A stretch of DNA of 60,897 nt, filler included, from Dehalococcoidia bacterium (GCA_040882355.1; 4 parts of 4 records of this genome joined end to end with filler, not necessarily neighbours in it); one strand, 5' to 3'. Shown: positions 9,262 through 19,340, numbered from the whole stretch's first letter. Notes: generated by a model not told the origin, from the sequence alone. Translations and numbers: made by a program.

Positions 9262-10460
9262 CCGCGGCCGCGCCGAGCGCGCTCCCGACGCCCCGCCATG
9301 CCGTGCAGGCGATCGCCGACGAGGTCGTCGCGCTGCGACGCGACCTGCACAAACACGCTGAGCTCTCGATGGAGGAGACGCGCACGCAGGGCGTAATCGT
9401 CGAGAGGCTGCGCGCGCTTGGCGTCGAAGACGTGCGGGCAGTCGCGGACACAGGAGTGACGGGCCTGGTCCGCGGGGAAAGGCCCGGCCCAGACCTGCTG
9501 TGGCGCGCCGACATGGACGGCCTGCCGCTCAAGGAGGAAACCGGCCTGCCCTTCGCGTGCGAGGACGGCGGGGCGATGCACGCCTGCGGCCACGACGGTC
9601 ACGTTGCGATCGCGCTAGGGCTGGCCGAGCTGCTGCAACGATCGCGCGAGTCGCTCGCCGGCACGGTGCGTTTCGCGTTCCAGCCGGCGGAGGAGCGCAT
9701 CGGCGGCGCCCAGCGGATGATCGCGGAGGGCGTGCTGGACGAGCCGAACGTCGAGCGCGTCTTCGGTCTGCACATCATGTCGGACTACCCCGTCGGTCAG
9801 GTGCGCGTGGTGCCGGGGCCGATCTTCGCCGCCGCGACGCACTTCCGCATCATCGTGCGCGGCTCCGGCGGGCACGCCTCGGCGCCCCACGCGACCGTCG
9901 ACCCGATCGTAACCGCTGCCCACGCGATCGTCGGGCTGCAGACCGTCGTGAGCCGCTCCGTCGACCCGCGAGAGACAGCGGTGCTCACGATCGGCAGGCT
10001 GGAGGGCGGCGTCCGTGGCAACATCATCCCGGACGAAGTGATGATGTCGGGCACGGTGCGCACCTTCGAGCAGCACGTCCTGGACCGCGTGCTCGAGCGG
10101 ATGGACGATGTGCTGCGCGGCGTGGGTGTCGCCTTCGGCGCGGAGGTGCAGTTCGACCACTCGACGCTGCCGGCCGTGGTGAACGACCCTGAGTGCGCGG
10201 CGCTCGTCGAGCGGGTGGCGGCGTCGTTCCTGGGGCGTGAGCGCGTCGGGCAGGCGCGGTTGACCGGCTCCGACGACATGGCCTACTTCCTGCGGGAGCG
10301 CCCCGGCGCGTACTTCCTGCTTGGCGGCGGCAACGCATCGAAGGGGATCACGTACCCGCACCACCACCCGAAGTTCGACTTCGACGAGGACTGCCTGGCG
10401 CTCGGCGTCGAGGTCGCGCTGCGGGTGATCGAAGAGGCGACCGGGTCCACGCTGGGTTGA
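9258..10460 (+). CDS. M20D-family amidohydrolase
   Basis: RADMDGLP, MHACGHDGH, FQPAEE, GGHAS.PH and HHHPKFDFDE motifs. Confidence 0.93.
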   Translation: MTAAAPSALPTPRHAVQAIADEVVALRRDLHKHAELSMEETRTQGVIVERLRALGVEDVRAVADTGVTGLVRGERPGPDLLWRADMDGLPLKEETGLPFACEDGGAMHACGHDGHVAIALGLAELLQRSRESLAGTVRFAFQPAEERIGGAQRMIAEGVLDEPNVERVFGLHIMSDYPVGQVRVVPGPIFAAATHFRIIVRGSGGHASAPHATVDPIVTAAHAIVGLQTVVSRSVDPRETAVLTIGRLEGGVRGNIIPDEVMMSGTVRTFEQHVLDRVLERMDDVLRGVGVAFGAEVQFDHSTLPAVVNDPECAALVERVAASFLGRERVGQARLTGSDDMAYFLRERPGAYFLLGGGNASKGITYPHHHPKFDFDEDCLALGVEVALRVIEEATGSTLG

Positions 10461-10592
10461 CGGACTGAAGCAGAAACCTACGAAGGCGGGGCAAGGGGCA
10501 CATCGCCTGCGGCCTACGACAGCCGATTCAAGGATGCGGCCCAACCGGCCATAGGGGTCCGCTGCGGAGACTGCACGGCGCGCCACGGACGC

Positions 10593-10621
10593 TTGCCATG
10601 TAATGCTATTTGCAGTACAAT
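10593..10621 (+). promoter_or_regulatory. Sigma-70 promoter of the putative TA operon (probably leaderless)
   Basis: TTGCCA-17 bp-TACAAT, with an in-frame GTG at 10628. Confidence 0.6.
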
Positions 10622-10627
10622 GCGCGC

Positions 10628-10903
10628 GTGGTTAGGCGGGAAGCGCTCATCATCGAAGCCGGCGGGGAGCGCTTCCGCTTCTACTACGACCGGGAGGTAC
10701 CAGAGGTGCTCCACATCACACTTCGGCACGGCGCGACTCCGGAGGACGCGATCCGGGTCTTCTTCGAGGGTGAGACGCGCCCGCAGGATGAGGCGCATGA
10801 GCGGTTCGAAACGGTGACAAGGACGCATGGCCTCTACTGGACCCGCCACGCCCACGACCAATCCGTCATCGTCATCAGTTGCTTTGCACGAGGAGAGGAG
10901 TAG
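10628..10903 (+). CDS. Putative type II toxin (BrnT/RelE-like small protein)
   Basis: 91 aa with HI..RHG.T.EDA and VISCF, resembling BrnT/DUF4258-like RNases; stop overlaps the antitoxin start. Confidence 0.55.
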   Translation: MVRREALIIEAGGERFRFYYDREVPEVLHITLRHGATPEDAIRVFFEGETRPQDEAHERFETVTRTHGLYWTRHAHDQSVIVISCFARGEE

Positions 10904-11214
10904 TGGCCAGGTCAACTAAGCCCAAGCCGATCGACATGAAGGTCGTTGCCGAGCGCGTTCAGGAAGACGCCGAGGTGTCCGAGATGGTCACCCGTCTTGA
11001 GCGGGAGGGCGACCGGGAGATCGCCGCGGGCGTCGTGACGCTGCGCTGGGGCAAGCAGCAGATCGCCGTGGTCAAGCGCGCGGCGGCCATCCTGGGCGTG
11101 CCTTACCAGACCTACCTGAAGCAGGTGGTGTTCAGGCAGGCTATGGCGGACATTGAGCGCGCCGAGGCGGTACTGAGCCACAGGCGTCAGGCGGAAGGCT
11201 CCCGCCCGAGCTGA
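10903..11214 (+). CDS. Putative CopG/BrnA-like ribbon-helix-helix antitoxin
   Basis: VTLRW....I..VKRAA..LGVPYQTYLK RHH signature. Confidence 0.7.
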   Translation: MARSTKPKPIDMKVVAERVQEDAEVSEMVTRLEREGDREIAAGVVTLRWGKQQIAVVKRAAAILGVPYQTYLKQVVFRQAMADIERAEAVLSHRRQAEGSRPS

Positions 11215-11277
11215 CGCGGGCATGGTCCCTCAGGCGTCGGCGCGTCGGCGGGGCCGTGCGCCCCTTTGCATGCCGTC

Positions 11278-12072
11278 ATGGAACAAGACGTTCTTGAGCT
11301 GAACGAGCGTGAGCGGATCGCGTACACCGTGCGGGGCGACGGTCCCCTCGTGGTGCTGTCGTACATCTTCGGGGCGCCGGCGTGGGGCGACGTGTCGCGG
11401 CTGGCGCAGCGGTGCACGGTGGCTGCGCCGGAGTGGTTGGAGTCGACGACGGAGTTCGAGACGCGATCGTCGCTGCGCTGGTTCGCGCCCTTCGTGCGCG
11501 CGCTGGGCTTCGAGCGGGCGGCGCTGGCGACGTGGTCGCTGGGGGCGCCGCCGGCGATCCGGTTCGCGGCGAGCGGGCCTGCTGATCTCTCGCACCTCGT
11601 GCTGGTCGACCCGGCCGGCCTGCGGCCGGGCCTGCCGCCGGGCCTGCCGCCACTGAAACTGAGCGACGTGCCTTACTTCGTCCTGGCGCACGTCTTAGGC
11701 CGCCCGACGCGCGGCTACGCGCGGGCGCGCTGGCGCGCCTGGGTGCGCAACCCGGCGGTCGACACGCGCGCGCTGGAGGAGCTGGACTACCGCTTCCTCA
11801 GCCGTCCGGGCGCGCTACGCACGAACAGCCGCCTCGAACGAGACGCCGTTCAGCGCCCGCTGCTCGACGAGCTGGCGTCGGTGGTCGTACCAACGCTGCT
11901 GCTCGCTGGGCGGCACTCGACCGTCCTCGGCCCGGACTACGCTGAGCGAGCAGCAGCGCGTCTGCCGCAGGGGAAGCTCGTGGTGTTCGAGGAGAGCGCC
12001 CACGCGCTGCAACTCGAGGAGCCGGAGCGGTTTCAGGACGAAGTGGCGGACTTCGTGCGGGGGAGTGGCTAG
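11278..12072 (+). CDS. Alpha/beta-fold hydrolase
   Basis: ATWSLG nucleophile elbow, LVLVDPAG, PTLLLAG, SAHALQLEEP. Confidence 0.8.
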   Translation: MEQDVLELNERERIAYTVRGDGPLVVLSYIFGAPAWGDVSRLAQRCTVAAPEWLESTTEFETRSSLRWFAPFVRALGFERAALATWSLGAPPAIRFAASGPADLSHLVLVDPAGLRPGLPPGLPPLKLSDVPYFVLAHVLGRPTRGYARARWRAWVRNPAVDTRALEELDYRFLSRPGALRTNSRLERDAVQRPLLDELASVVVPTLLLAGRHSTVLGPDYAERAAARLPQGKLVVFEESAHALQLEEPERFQDEVADFVRGSG

Positions 12073-12132
12073 TAAGGGGCGGCCCGTGCGATGGAGTGAT
12101 ACCATGGGCCATCTGTGATCGGGAGGTGCGAA

Positions 12133-13206
12133 GTGCCAGAGCGGGCAGTCGACCCTACGAATCTGCTGGAGAGGCTGAACCACGTGCGCGGCATCGCTCA
12201 GGACCTCTACGTTTCCCTGATGATCTACGTGGGGCGGCGTCTGGGTCTCTACGACGCGCTCCGGGGTGCCGGGCCGCTCGACAGCGAAGCGCTCGCTGCG
12301 CGCACTGGCCTGCACGAGCGCTGGCTACGTGAATGGCTGCGCGGCCAGGCGGCAGCCGGGCTCATCGACTACGGGGACGGCCGATTCGAGCTGTCGCTCG
12401 AGGCGGCCGCGGTACTCACCGACGAAGACCACCTGATGTTCCTCGGGCATATTTTCGACTCTATCCCTCACCGCGCCGAGATCATCCAGCGGCTGCCGGA
12501 GGCGTTCCGCACGGGCCTGGGGTTGTCGTGGGATGACCGGGGCGAAGGTTCCATCCAGTCCACCGAGTCCACCTTCCGCAACTGGTACCGCCACGTCCTG
12601 GTGCCGGCGGCCCTGCCGCTGCTGGACGGGGTCGTGCCGCGCCTGCAAGCGGGCGCTCAGGTGGCCGACCTCGGCTGCGGGACGGGTGTCGCGCTCATCG
12701 AGATGGCGAAGGCGTTTCCGCGATCGCATTTCCATGGTTACGAGATCTCGGAGCAGTCGCTGGCGCGCGCGGACGAGAACCGCGCGGCGGCCAGGACGCG
12801 GAACGCTCACCTGCACAACTTGCGAGTTGAGCCGCTGCCCGGAGACGCGGGATTCGATCTGATCACGACCTTCGACTGCCTGCACGACATGACCGATCCA
12901 GAGAAGCAGGCGGCAGTGCCCATCCGCGCCGCGCTCAAGCCCGACGGCGTCTGGTTCATCGTCGACATCGACGGCGGGGCGACGTTCGAGGAGAACCTCC
13001 AAAAGCCGGCGGCGGCGATGCTGTACGCGATGTCGGTGCTGTCGTGCATGTCGTCGTCGTTGTCCGAGCCGGGAGCCGAGGGCCTGGGGACGCTCGGGCT
13101 ACCCGAGCCGGCGCTGCGCGAACTCGTCCGGGTGGCCGGCTTCACGCGCTTTCGCCGGCTGAACCTGCGCCATCCGATGAACGCGTATTACGAGGTCAGG
13201 CCCTAG
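12133..13206 (+). CDS. Class I SAM methyltransferase with N-terminal winged helix (Rv2258c-like)
   Basis: LAARTGLHERWLREWL, DLGCGTG, FDCLHDM, GLGTLG motifs. Confidence 0.9.
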   Translation: MPERAVDPTNLLERLNHVRGIAQDLYVSLMIYVGRRLGLYDALRGAGPLDSEALAARTGLHERWLREWLRGQAAAGLIDYGDGRFELSLEAAAVLTDEDHLMFLGHIFDSIPHRAEIIQRLPEAFRTGLGLSWDDRGEGSIQSTESTFRNWYRHVLVPAALPLLDGVVPRLQAGAQVADLGCGTGVALIEMAKAFPRSHFHGYEISEQSLARADENRAAARTRNAHLHNLRVEPLPGDAGFDLITTFDCLHDMTDPEKQAAVPIRAALKPDGVWFIVDIDGGATFEENLQKPAAAMLYAMSVLSCMSSSLSEPGAEGLGTLGLPEPALRELVRVAGFTRFRRLNLRHPMNAYYEVRP

Positions 13207-13315
13207 GCGGGGCGGGCGGAGCGAGCGGTCGTCCGGCCAGGCCCTCAGCCTGGCCTATCAGACGAGTAGCCCGGGCGAGCGTGGCGGCCCCCACCGAGTC
13301 TGTGGAGCCGTCCAG

Positions 13316-13365
13316 CCCTCACCCCGGCCTTACGGCCACCCCTCTCCCCCGCCACCGGAGAGGGG
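13316..13365. repeat. Palindromic intergenic element (ccctcacccc...ccctctccc...ggagaggg type)
   Basis: Hairpin cccctctcc/ggagagggg between convergent genes. Confidence 0.55.
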
Positions 13366-13397
13366 ACACAGCTCCTTGCAGATCAGGGCTTTCGCGT

Positions 13398-14225
13398 CTA
13401 TAGGTCAGTCGCGCCGTCCAGGGCGAGGACACCGTTCACAACGCGGCGGGTGTCGTCGAGGTACTTGCGCGGGTGGCGCCCGTCGACGTTGCCGACGAAG
13501 GGCGGGTGGACGCCGTAGCCGAGCAGCTCCTGGAGGCGCAGCGGCAGGTCGCGCACGATCTCCTTCGGCACGCCGAGGAGGTGGTTCTCCTGAGGACGCA
13601 ACCAGCCGGCGCAGTAGTGGAGGATGACTCCCAGGCGCGGGCGGTCGGTGTTGTTAGCGCCGCCGCCGTGCCAGACGCTGCCCAGGAAGAACATCACCGA
13701 CCCGGCCGGCATGACGGCGCGCACCTCATCGAAGGTGCCGTCCGCCTGTCGTTCGACCCAGCGATGGCTGCCGGGCACGACGTGGGTTGCGCCGTTGTCC
13801 TCGGTGAAGTCGTCCAGCGCCCACATGGTGTTGAGGACGAACTGCGCGTGCGGGCGCTTCACGGGGTAGATGCCGTCGTCGGTGTGGAGGTTCTGGGCCG
13901 TCTCGCCCGGGCCGATGTTGATGCCGACGGGCGCGCTGAAGACGAAGTTCGGGCCGAGCTCGCGCTCGAGCACGCCATGCAGGAGCGGGTCGATCGCCTG
14001 CTCGTCGAAGGTGCGAGTCTTGGCGAAGAAGGCGTAGATGCGCTGCGTGGAGTGGCCCTCGAAGTCGTTGCGGCCCGTAGGCGTCGATTGCAGGATGCGG
14101 TGGAGGTCGTCCTTCTTCGCGCGCACGTCCTCCGGGCTGAGGTAGTTCTCGATGATCGCGTAGCCGTCGCGCTCGAGGATGGCGGTCACGTCATCGACGG
14201 TGGCGTTGACGGTGAGGGTCTCCAT
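13398..14225 (-). CDS. Phytanoyl-CoA dioxygenase family (Fe/2-oxoglutarate) protein
   Basis: QNLHTDD HxD motif, NGATHVVPGSH, WHGGGAN, R.G. Confidence 0.92.
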   Translation of the reverse strand: METLTVNATVDDVTAILERDGYAIIENYLSPEDVRAKKDDLHRILQSTPTGRNDFEGHSTQRIYAFFAKTRTFDEQAIDPLLHGVLERELGPNFVFSAPVGINIGPGETAQNLHTDDGIYPVKRPHAQFVLNTMWALDDFTEDNGATHVVPGSHRWVERQADGTFDEVRAVMPAGSVMFFLGSVWHGGGANNTDRPRLGVILHYCAGWLRPQENHLLGVPKEIVRDLPLRLQELLGYGVHPPFVGNVDGRHPRKYLDDTRRVVNGVLALDGATDL

Positions 14226-14311
14226 GGCTCTCCTCCTCCTCGTGTGGGCGCTCCGAGTTCGACTACGCGCCTTCGAGACATGATAGCGCTTGGAAGCGGC
14301 GCTCTGGCGAG

Positions 14312-14411
14312 CGCCCAGGGCGACCGGATGGTCGGCCCCACACGACGCCCAGGGCGACCGGATGGTCGGCCCTACACGACGCCCAGGGCGACCAGAAGGT
14401 CGCCCCTACAC
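14312..14411. repeat. Three tandem 34-bp GTAG-type REP units
   Basis: cgcccagggcgaccggatggtcggccc(c/t)acacga at 14312, 14346 and 14380; palindrome gggcgacc/ggtcgccc followed by ctac. Confidence 0.85.
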
Positions 14412-14551
14412 CGGCCGTGCGCCCCGAGGCGGCCCGGCTGGGCTGAAGGGCGGCGGGCGGATACGATGGAATCGCTTCGAACGAGGTTTGAGCAGGGAGC
14501 AAGCGCTGTTGGCATCGATGCCGGGTGCCGGCCCAAGCATGAGGAGGGCCG

Positions 14552-14983
14552 GTGCGCCATGACGACTACACGACGGTTACGGCAGCGGCCAAGCAGTTCG
14601 GCATTTCGCCGCGACGCCTACGCTACCTCCTACAGCGGCGCGCCATCGAGGGGATCAAGCCAACACGCGACTGGCTGGTCCGCCCGAGCGCTGTCGCCGC
14701 GTATCTGAGCCAGGAGGCCGCGCAGGCCAGGAGACAAGCTCGGCCGTACGAGGCTTATCGAATCACGCAGCCGATTTCGGCGATCAGGGACGCGCCGGGC
14801 CAAACCACGGCAACCGTGCCCGAAGCCGCCGCCATCCTTGGCCTCTCGGAGAGCCACATCAGGAATCTGGCCCGCGGCGGCACCCTTCAAGCTCGGAAGG
14901 TCGGGCGCGACTGGGTCGTCCCGGTAGACGAGCTGACCGCGTACCGCCAACGTACCAGGCGAGGCCGCCCTCCGAAGGCTTGA
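14552..14983 (+). CDS. Tandem excisionase-like (HTH_17/MerR-like) DNA-binding protein with C-terminal RGRP AT-hook
   Basis: Two T(V)xxAA..(F/L)G.S......L...G.K..RDW.V domains; ends RRGRPPKA; RBS gaggagg. Confidence 0.8.
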   Translation: MRHDDYTTVTAAAKQFGISPRRLRYLLQRRAIEGIKPTRDWLVRPSAVAAYLSQEAAQARRQARPYEAYRITQPISAIRDAPGQTTATVPEAAAILGLSESHIRNLARGGTLQARKVGRDWVVPVDELTAYRQRTRRGRPPKA

Positions 14984-15009
14984 AATACCATCGTTAGCGA
15001 TGGTATAGT
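14980..15009 (+). promoter_or_regulatory. Sigma-70 promoter containing a perfect 9-bp inverted repeat (operator-like)
   Basis: TTGAAA-18 bp-TATAGT with extended TG; ATACCATCG-ttag-CGATGGTAT at 14985-15006. Confidence 0.6.
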
Positions 15010-15277
15010 TGGGTGGGCGTCAGCGGGCGAGGAACCGGCGCTGGACGCGGCGTTACGCCAACTTGCTCATCCAGGCGCCCAGCGTCGGGACGGCGCACGC
15101 GGTCTCCTCATACCCGCACCAGGTGATGAGCTACCTCAAACCGCGGCGCCGCCCGACGCAGCCACCCAAGCGCCCTACCCCCACCGCCCGTTCCCTCGCT
15201 ATGCTGGGGCGCGTACCTGCCTTGCTATGGGCCCGCGAGCTGCGGGCCTGGAGGCGGGGGGGGGGGGNNNNNNNNNN

Positions 15278-15389
15278 GGGCCACCAGATGGTCGCCCCTA
15301 CACGACGCGCCCAGGGCGACCAGATGGTCGCCCCTACACGACGCCCGGGCGACCGACCCGCCTGAGGCGGGCAGGTGGTCGCGCCTACT
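15278..15389. repeat. GTAG-type REP units, same family and orientation as 14312-14411
   Basis: gggc(c/g)accagatggtcgcccctacacgacgc twice plus a degenerate third; follows a 10-N gap. Confidence 0.8.
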
Positions 15390-15406
15390 TCCGAAAGGGG
15401 CAACGC

Positions 15407-18001
15407 ATGAGCGAAAACGTCCTCGAATCTTGCGGCGGGCTGTCCGCGATGGTCGGCGCACTCGGCGCGCAGCGGCCGTTCGCGCTGCCGGGCGACACGC
15501 CGCACTACGCCCGTGACCGGGTGGTCGACGTGCGGCACATCAAGCTGGAGATCGACATCGACCCGGAGGCGAAGCGGATCGCGGGCACGGCGCACCACAC
15601 GTTCGCGCCGATCAACGACGGCCTGACCCACCTGGAGTTCGACGCCGTCGAGATGGAGATCAGCGGCGTGCGGCTCGAGGGCGGGGAGCAGTTGCCCTTC
15701 AGCCTCGACGGCGGCCGGCTACGCATCGACCTGGGCGGGCCCCGGAACGCGGGGCAGGAGCTGACGGTGGCCGTGAGCTACAGCGCCCAGCCCAGACGCG
15801 GGCTCTACTTCGTCGGGCCGGACGAGGGCTACCCGGACAAGCCGATCCAGGTGTGGAGCCAGGGCCAGGACGAGGACTCGCGCCACTGGTTCCCCTGCTT
15901 CGACTTCCCGAACGAGATGGCGACGAGCGAGGTCGTCGTCACCGTGCCCGCGCCGCTCACCGCCGTCTCGAACGGCGAGCTGGTGAGCGTGGAGGAGCGC
16001 GACGGGCGGCGCACCTTCCACTGGCGCCAGTCGACGCCGCACGTGGCGTACCTGCTGAGCGTCGCCGCGGCGGACTTCGCGGAGATCGTCGACCAGGCCG
16101 ACGGCGTGCCGCTGCAGTACTACCTGCCGAAGGGGCGTGAGGAGGATGGGCGGCGTGCGCTGGACCGGACGCCGGAGATGGTGCGCTTCTTCTCGGAGCG
16201 GACGGGCATCCCCTACCCGTACGCGAAGTACGCGCAGGTGGTGGTGAACGACTTCATCTTCGGTGGGATGGAGAACGTGAGCGCGACGACGCTGACCGAC
16301 TCGATCCTGCACGACGAACGCGCCCACGTGGACGTCGTTGACGGCGCGGACGGCCTGGTCGCGCACGAGCTGGCGCACCAGTGGTACGGCGACCTGCTGA
16401 CGTGTCGCGACTGGGCGCACGGCTGGCTGAACGAGGGCTTCGCCACATACTTCGACGCGTTGTTCGTCGAACACCACCGCGGCGTCGACGCCTTCCGCTA
16501 CGAGCTGCGCGAGAACGCGGAGATCTACCTGCGCGAGGACGCTCAGCGCTATCGCCGGCCGATCGTGAGCCACACCTACAACGAGCCGATCGACCTGTTC
16601 GACCGGCAGTTCTACGAGAAGGGCAGCCTGGTGCTCCACATGCTGCGCGTCAACCTGGGCGACGAGCTGTTCTGGAAGGCGATCCGCCACTACACGGCCA
16701 AGCACCGCGGCACGAACGTCACCACGCCCGACCTCCAGCGCGCCATCGAGGAGGCGACCGGGCGGAACATGGACGCCTTCTTCGAGCAGTGGGTCTACAG
16801 CGCCGGCCACCCGAACCTGACTGTCTCGTACGAGTGGGACGACTCGGCGAAGCAGGCGAAGCTCACGGTGAGGCAGACGCAGTCGACCGAGCACAGCACG
16901 CCGGAGGTGTTCCGCACGGCGGTCGAAGTCGACTTCGGCTTCGAGAACGGGAACCAGTCGTTCCGGGTAGAGCTCAGCGAGCGGGAGCAGTCGTTCTACT
17001 GCCCGCTGCCGGAGAAGCCGAAGATGGTGCGCTTCGACCCGGGCGGCGGGCTGCTGAAGACGGTCGAGTTCAAGCGCGGCCAGGACCTGCTGATCTACCA
17101 GCTTCAGCACGACGACGACGTGTTGGGGCGCATCGACGCGGCGAAGGACGTGGCGAAGCTGGGCACGAAGGAGGCGGTCGACGCTCTGAAGCAGGCGGTG
17201 CTCAGCGATGGCTTCTGGGCGGTGCAGGCGGAGGCCGCGCGCGCGCTCGGCTCGCTGGGCACAGAGGCGGCACTGGACGCGCTGCTGGAGTGTCTAAGCG
17301 TCGAGCACCCGAAGGCGCGGCGGGCCGTAGCCGGAGCGCTCGGCGAGTTCCGCGACGAGCCGCCGGCGCACCGGGGCGCTCGCGCGGCGGAAGCGCTCGA
17401 TGGCGTGCTGCGCGAAGGCGACGCGTCGTACTTCGTCGAGGCGGAGGTGGCGTTCGCGCTGGGCAAGACGCACTCGTCGAGAGCGTTCGAGGCGTTGGAG
17501 GGCGCGCTCGACAAGGAGTCGCACAACCAGATCATCCGCGTGCGCGCGTTCGACGGCTTCGGCGAGCTGCGCGACGAACGGGCGGTACCGATCGCCATCG
17601 AGTGGACGCGCTACGGCCGGCCGCCGCAGGCGCGCAATGCGGCGACCGCCTGCCTGGGCAAGCTCGGCCACTACGTCGAGCAGAAGGACGCGATTCGCGA
17701 CCGGCTCGTCGAGCTGCTGGACGACCCTGACCTGCGCACGCGCCTCGCCGCCGTCGTCGCGCTGCGGGAGCTGGGTGACGACAAGGCGGTGCCGGCGCTG
17801 GAGCGCCTCGCTCAGCGCGACCTGGACGGGCGTGTAATCCGCTACGCTCGCGAGGCTGCAGCGCGCCTGCGCGAGGGCCGCGACAAGGGCGAGGACGTGC
17901 GCAAGCTGCGCGAGGAGCTGGACAAGCTTCGCGAGGACCAGCGCACGTTGAAGGACCGCATGGAGAAGCTGGAGACTGGTCAGCGGATGGAAAACGGATA
18001 A
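15407..18001 (+). CDS. M1-family zinc aminopeptidase with C-terminal HEAT repeats and coiled coil
   Basis: GGMEN, HELAH...NEG (HExxH-18-E), YEKG; HEAT repeats. Confidence 0.93.
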   Translation: MSENVLESCGGLSAMVGALGAQRPFALPGDTPHYARDRVVDVRHIKLEIDIDPEAKRIAGTAHHTFAPINDGLTHLEFDAVEMEISGVRLEGGEQLPFSLDGGRLRIDLGGPRNAGQELTVAVSYSAQPRRGLYFVGPDEGYPDKPIQVWSQGQDEDSRHWFPCFDFPNEMATSEVVVTVPAPLTAVSNGELVSVEERDGRRTFHWRQSTPHVAYLLSVAAADFAEIVDQADGVPLQYYLPKGREEDGRRALDRTPEMVRFFSERTGIPYPYAKYAQVVVNDFIFGGMENVSATTLTDSILHDERAHVDVVDGADGLVAHELAHQWYGDLLTCRDWAHGWLNEGFATYFDALFVEHHRGVDAFRYELRENAEIYLREDAQRYRRPIVSHTYNEPIDLFDRQFYEKGSLVLHMLRVNLGDELFWKAIRHYTAKHRGTNVTTPDLQRAIEEATGRNMDAFFEQWVYSAGHPNLTVSYEWDDSAKQAKLTVRQTQSTEHSTPEVFRTAVEVDFGFENGNQSFRVELSEREQSFYCPLPEKPKMVRFDPGGGLLKTVEFKRGQDLLIYQLQHDDDVLGRIDAAKDVAKLGTKEAVDALKQAVLSDGFWAVQAEAARALGSLGTEAALDALLECLSVEHPKARRAVAGALGEFRDEPPAHRGARAAEALDGVLREGDASYFVEAEVAFALGKTHSSRAFEALEGALDKESHNQIIRVRAFDGFGELRDERAVPIAIEWTRYGRPPQARNAATACLGKLGHYVEQKDAIRDRLVELLDDPDLRTRLAAVVALRELGDDKAVPALERLAQRDLDGRVIRYAREAAARLREGRDKGEDVRKLREELDKLREDQRTLKDRMEKLETGQRMENG

Positions 18002-18032
18002 GCGGATGGCGGGCGGACGGCCCGTTCTGCGG

Positions 18033-18179
18033 GTAGGGCTTTAGCCCGACGTGACAGGCTGAAGCCTGTCCCACAGATGAGGGCCGTGAGCGGCAACCTT
18101 CAGGTAGCCACCAGCCCATCATGAGGTAAGCTGGAGCAGCCTAGCTCAGCTCAGGACAGAGCTAAAGCTCTGTCCCTAC
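18033..18179. repeat. Cluster of short REP-like palindromes with TAAA/TGAA/TTTA loops
   Basis: gggctttagccc, gacaggctgaagcctgtc, gacagagctaaagctctgtc(cctac). Confidence 0.65.
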
Positions 18180-18184
18180 GGCCG

Positions 18185-18400
18185 ATGAGATCGGATCGCA
18201 AGCGAATGATACTATCGAGCCCGCAGAGGATCCGCTCGCTAGACGAGGTTCCGCCGTTCGCTTCGGAGGACGAAGAGCGCGAGTGGTGGGCTACGCATGA
18301 CCTCAGCGAGGAGCTCTACGACGCACTTAAGGTCTCGCCTTCAGACCCTGCCGTGAGGTTGCTCAAGTCGATCAAGCGCGCTCGGCGAGCAGCCAGCTAA
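18185..18400 (+). CDS. Small antitoxin-like protein (CopG/BrnA-type N-terminal motif), apparently orphan
   Basis: VPPFASEDEEREWWATHD motif; start uncertain. Confidence 0.55.
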   Translation: MRSDRKRMILSSPQRIRSLDEVPPFASEDEEREWWATHDLSEELYDALKVSPSDPAVRLLKSIKRARRAAS

Positions 18401-18409
18401 GCCCCTCGC

Positions 18410-19340
18410 ATGGATCTCAAACCCTTCGGCAAAACGGACCTGAGCGTATCGCCGCTCTGTCTGGGCAGCATGCAGTTCGGCTGGACGGCGAACGAGAAGG
18501 TGTCGCATGCGGTGATGGATGCGTTCGTTGAGGCGGGCGGGAACTTCATCGACACGGCCGACATCTACAGCAACTGGTCGCCCGGCAACGCCGGCGGCGT
18601 GTCTGAGGAGATCATCGGGCGTTGGCTGAAAGCGCGCGGCAACCGCGACCGCATCGTCGTCGCGACGAAGCTGCGCGGCCAGATGTGGAAGGGCCCTGAC
18701 GGCGAAGGGCTGGGCCGCGCCCACATCGAGCGCGCCATCGAGGACAGCCTGCGCCGCATGCAGGTGGAGACGATCGACCTCTACCAGTGCCACTGGCCGG
18801 ACGAAGACATGCCGATCGAAGAGACGCTGACGGTCTTTGGCGAACTGGTCGCGTCGGGGAAGGTGCGGTACATCGGCGCGTCGAACTACACGGCAGGACA
18901 GCTCGGAGAAGCGCTGCGGGTGGCAGGCGAAAAGGGCCTGCCGCCGTTCGTCGCGCTCCAGCCGCACTACAACCTGGTGCACCGCGTGGAGTTCGAAGGT
19001 GAGCTGGCGTCGCTCTGTGCGCGCGATGGGATCGCGGTGATCCCGTACAGCCCGCTCGCGGGTGGCTTCCTTACGGGGAAGTATCGCGAGGGCGAGCCGC
19101 TGCCGACGAGCCAGCGCGCGGGGCAGACGAAGCGCCACATGACGGAGCAAGGTCTCCGGGTGGTCGCCGCGCTCGACGAGTTCGCGACGGCTCGCGAAAC
19201 GACGATCGCCGCCGTAGCGCTGGCGTGGCTGCTGGCGAAGCCGGCGGTCGTTGCGCCGATCATCGGCGCGAACACGCCGCAGCAGCTCGCGGACCTGCTG
19301 CCGGCAGCGGAGCTGCGTCTCAACGGCGAGGCGATCGTCG
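18410..19340 (+). CDS. Aldo/keto reductase (3' end lost at scaffold join)
   Basis: GNFIDTADIY, ATK, IDLYQCHWPD, YIGASNY, PYSPLAGGFLTGKY. Confidence 0.93.

Noticed and set aside
14312..14411. 34-bp tandem palindromic repeats as a CRISPR array
   Set aside because: No unique spacers and no cas genes; the units match GTAG-type REPs
15256..15277. Poly-G tract as a phase-variation switch
   Set aside because: It abuts an N gap and is likely a sequencing artefact; it is upstream of the probable aminopeptidase start at 15407
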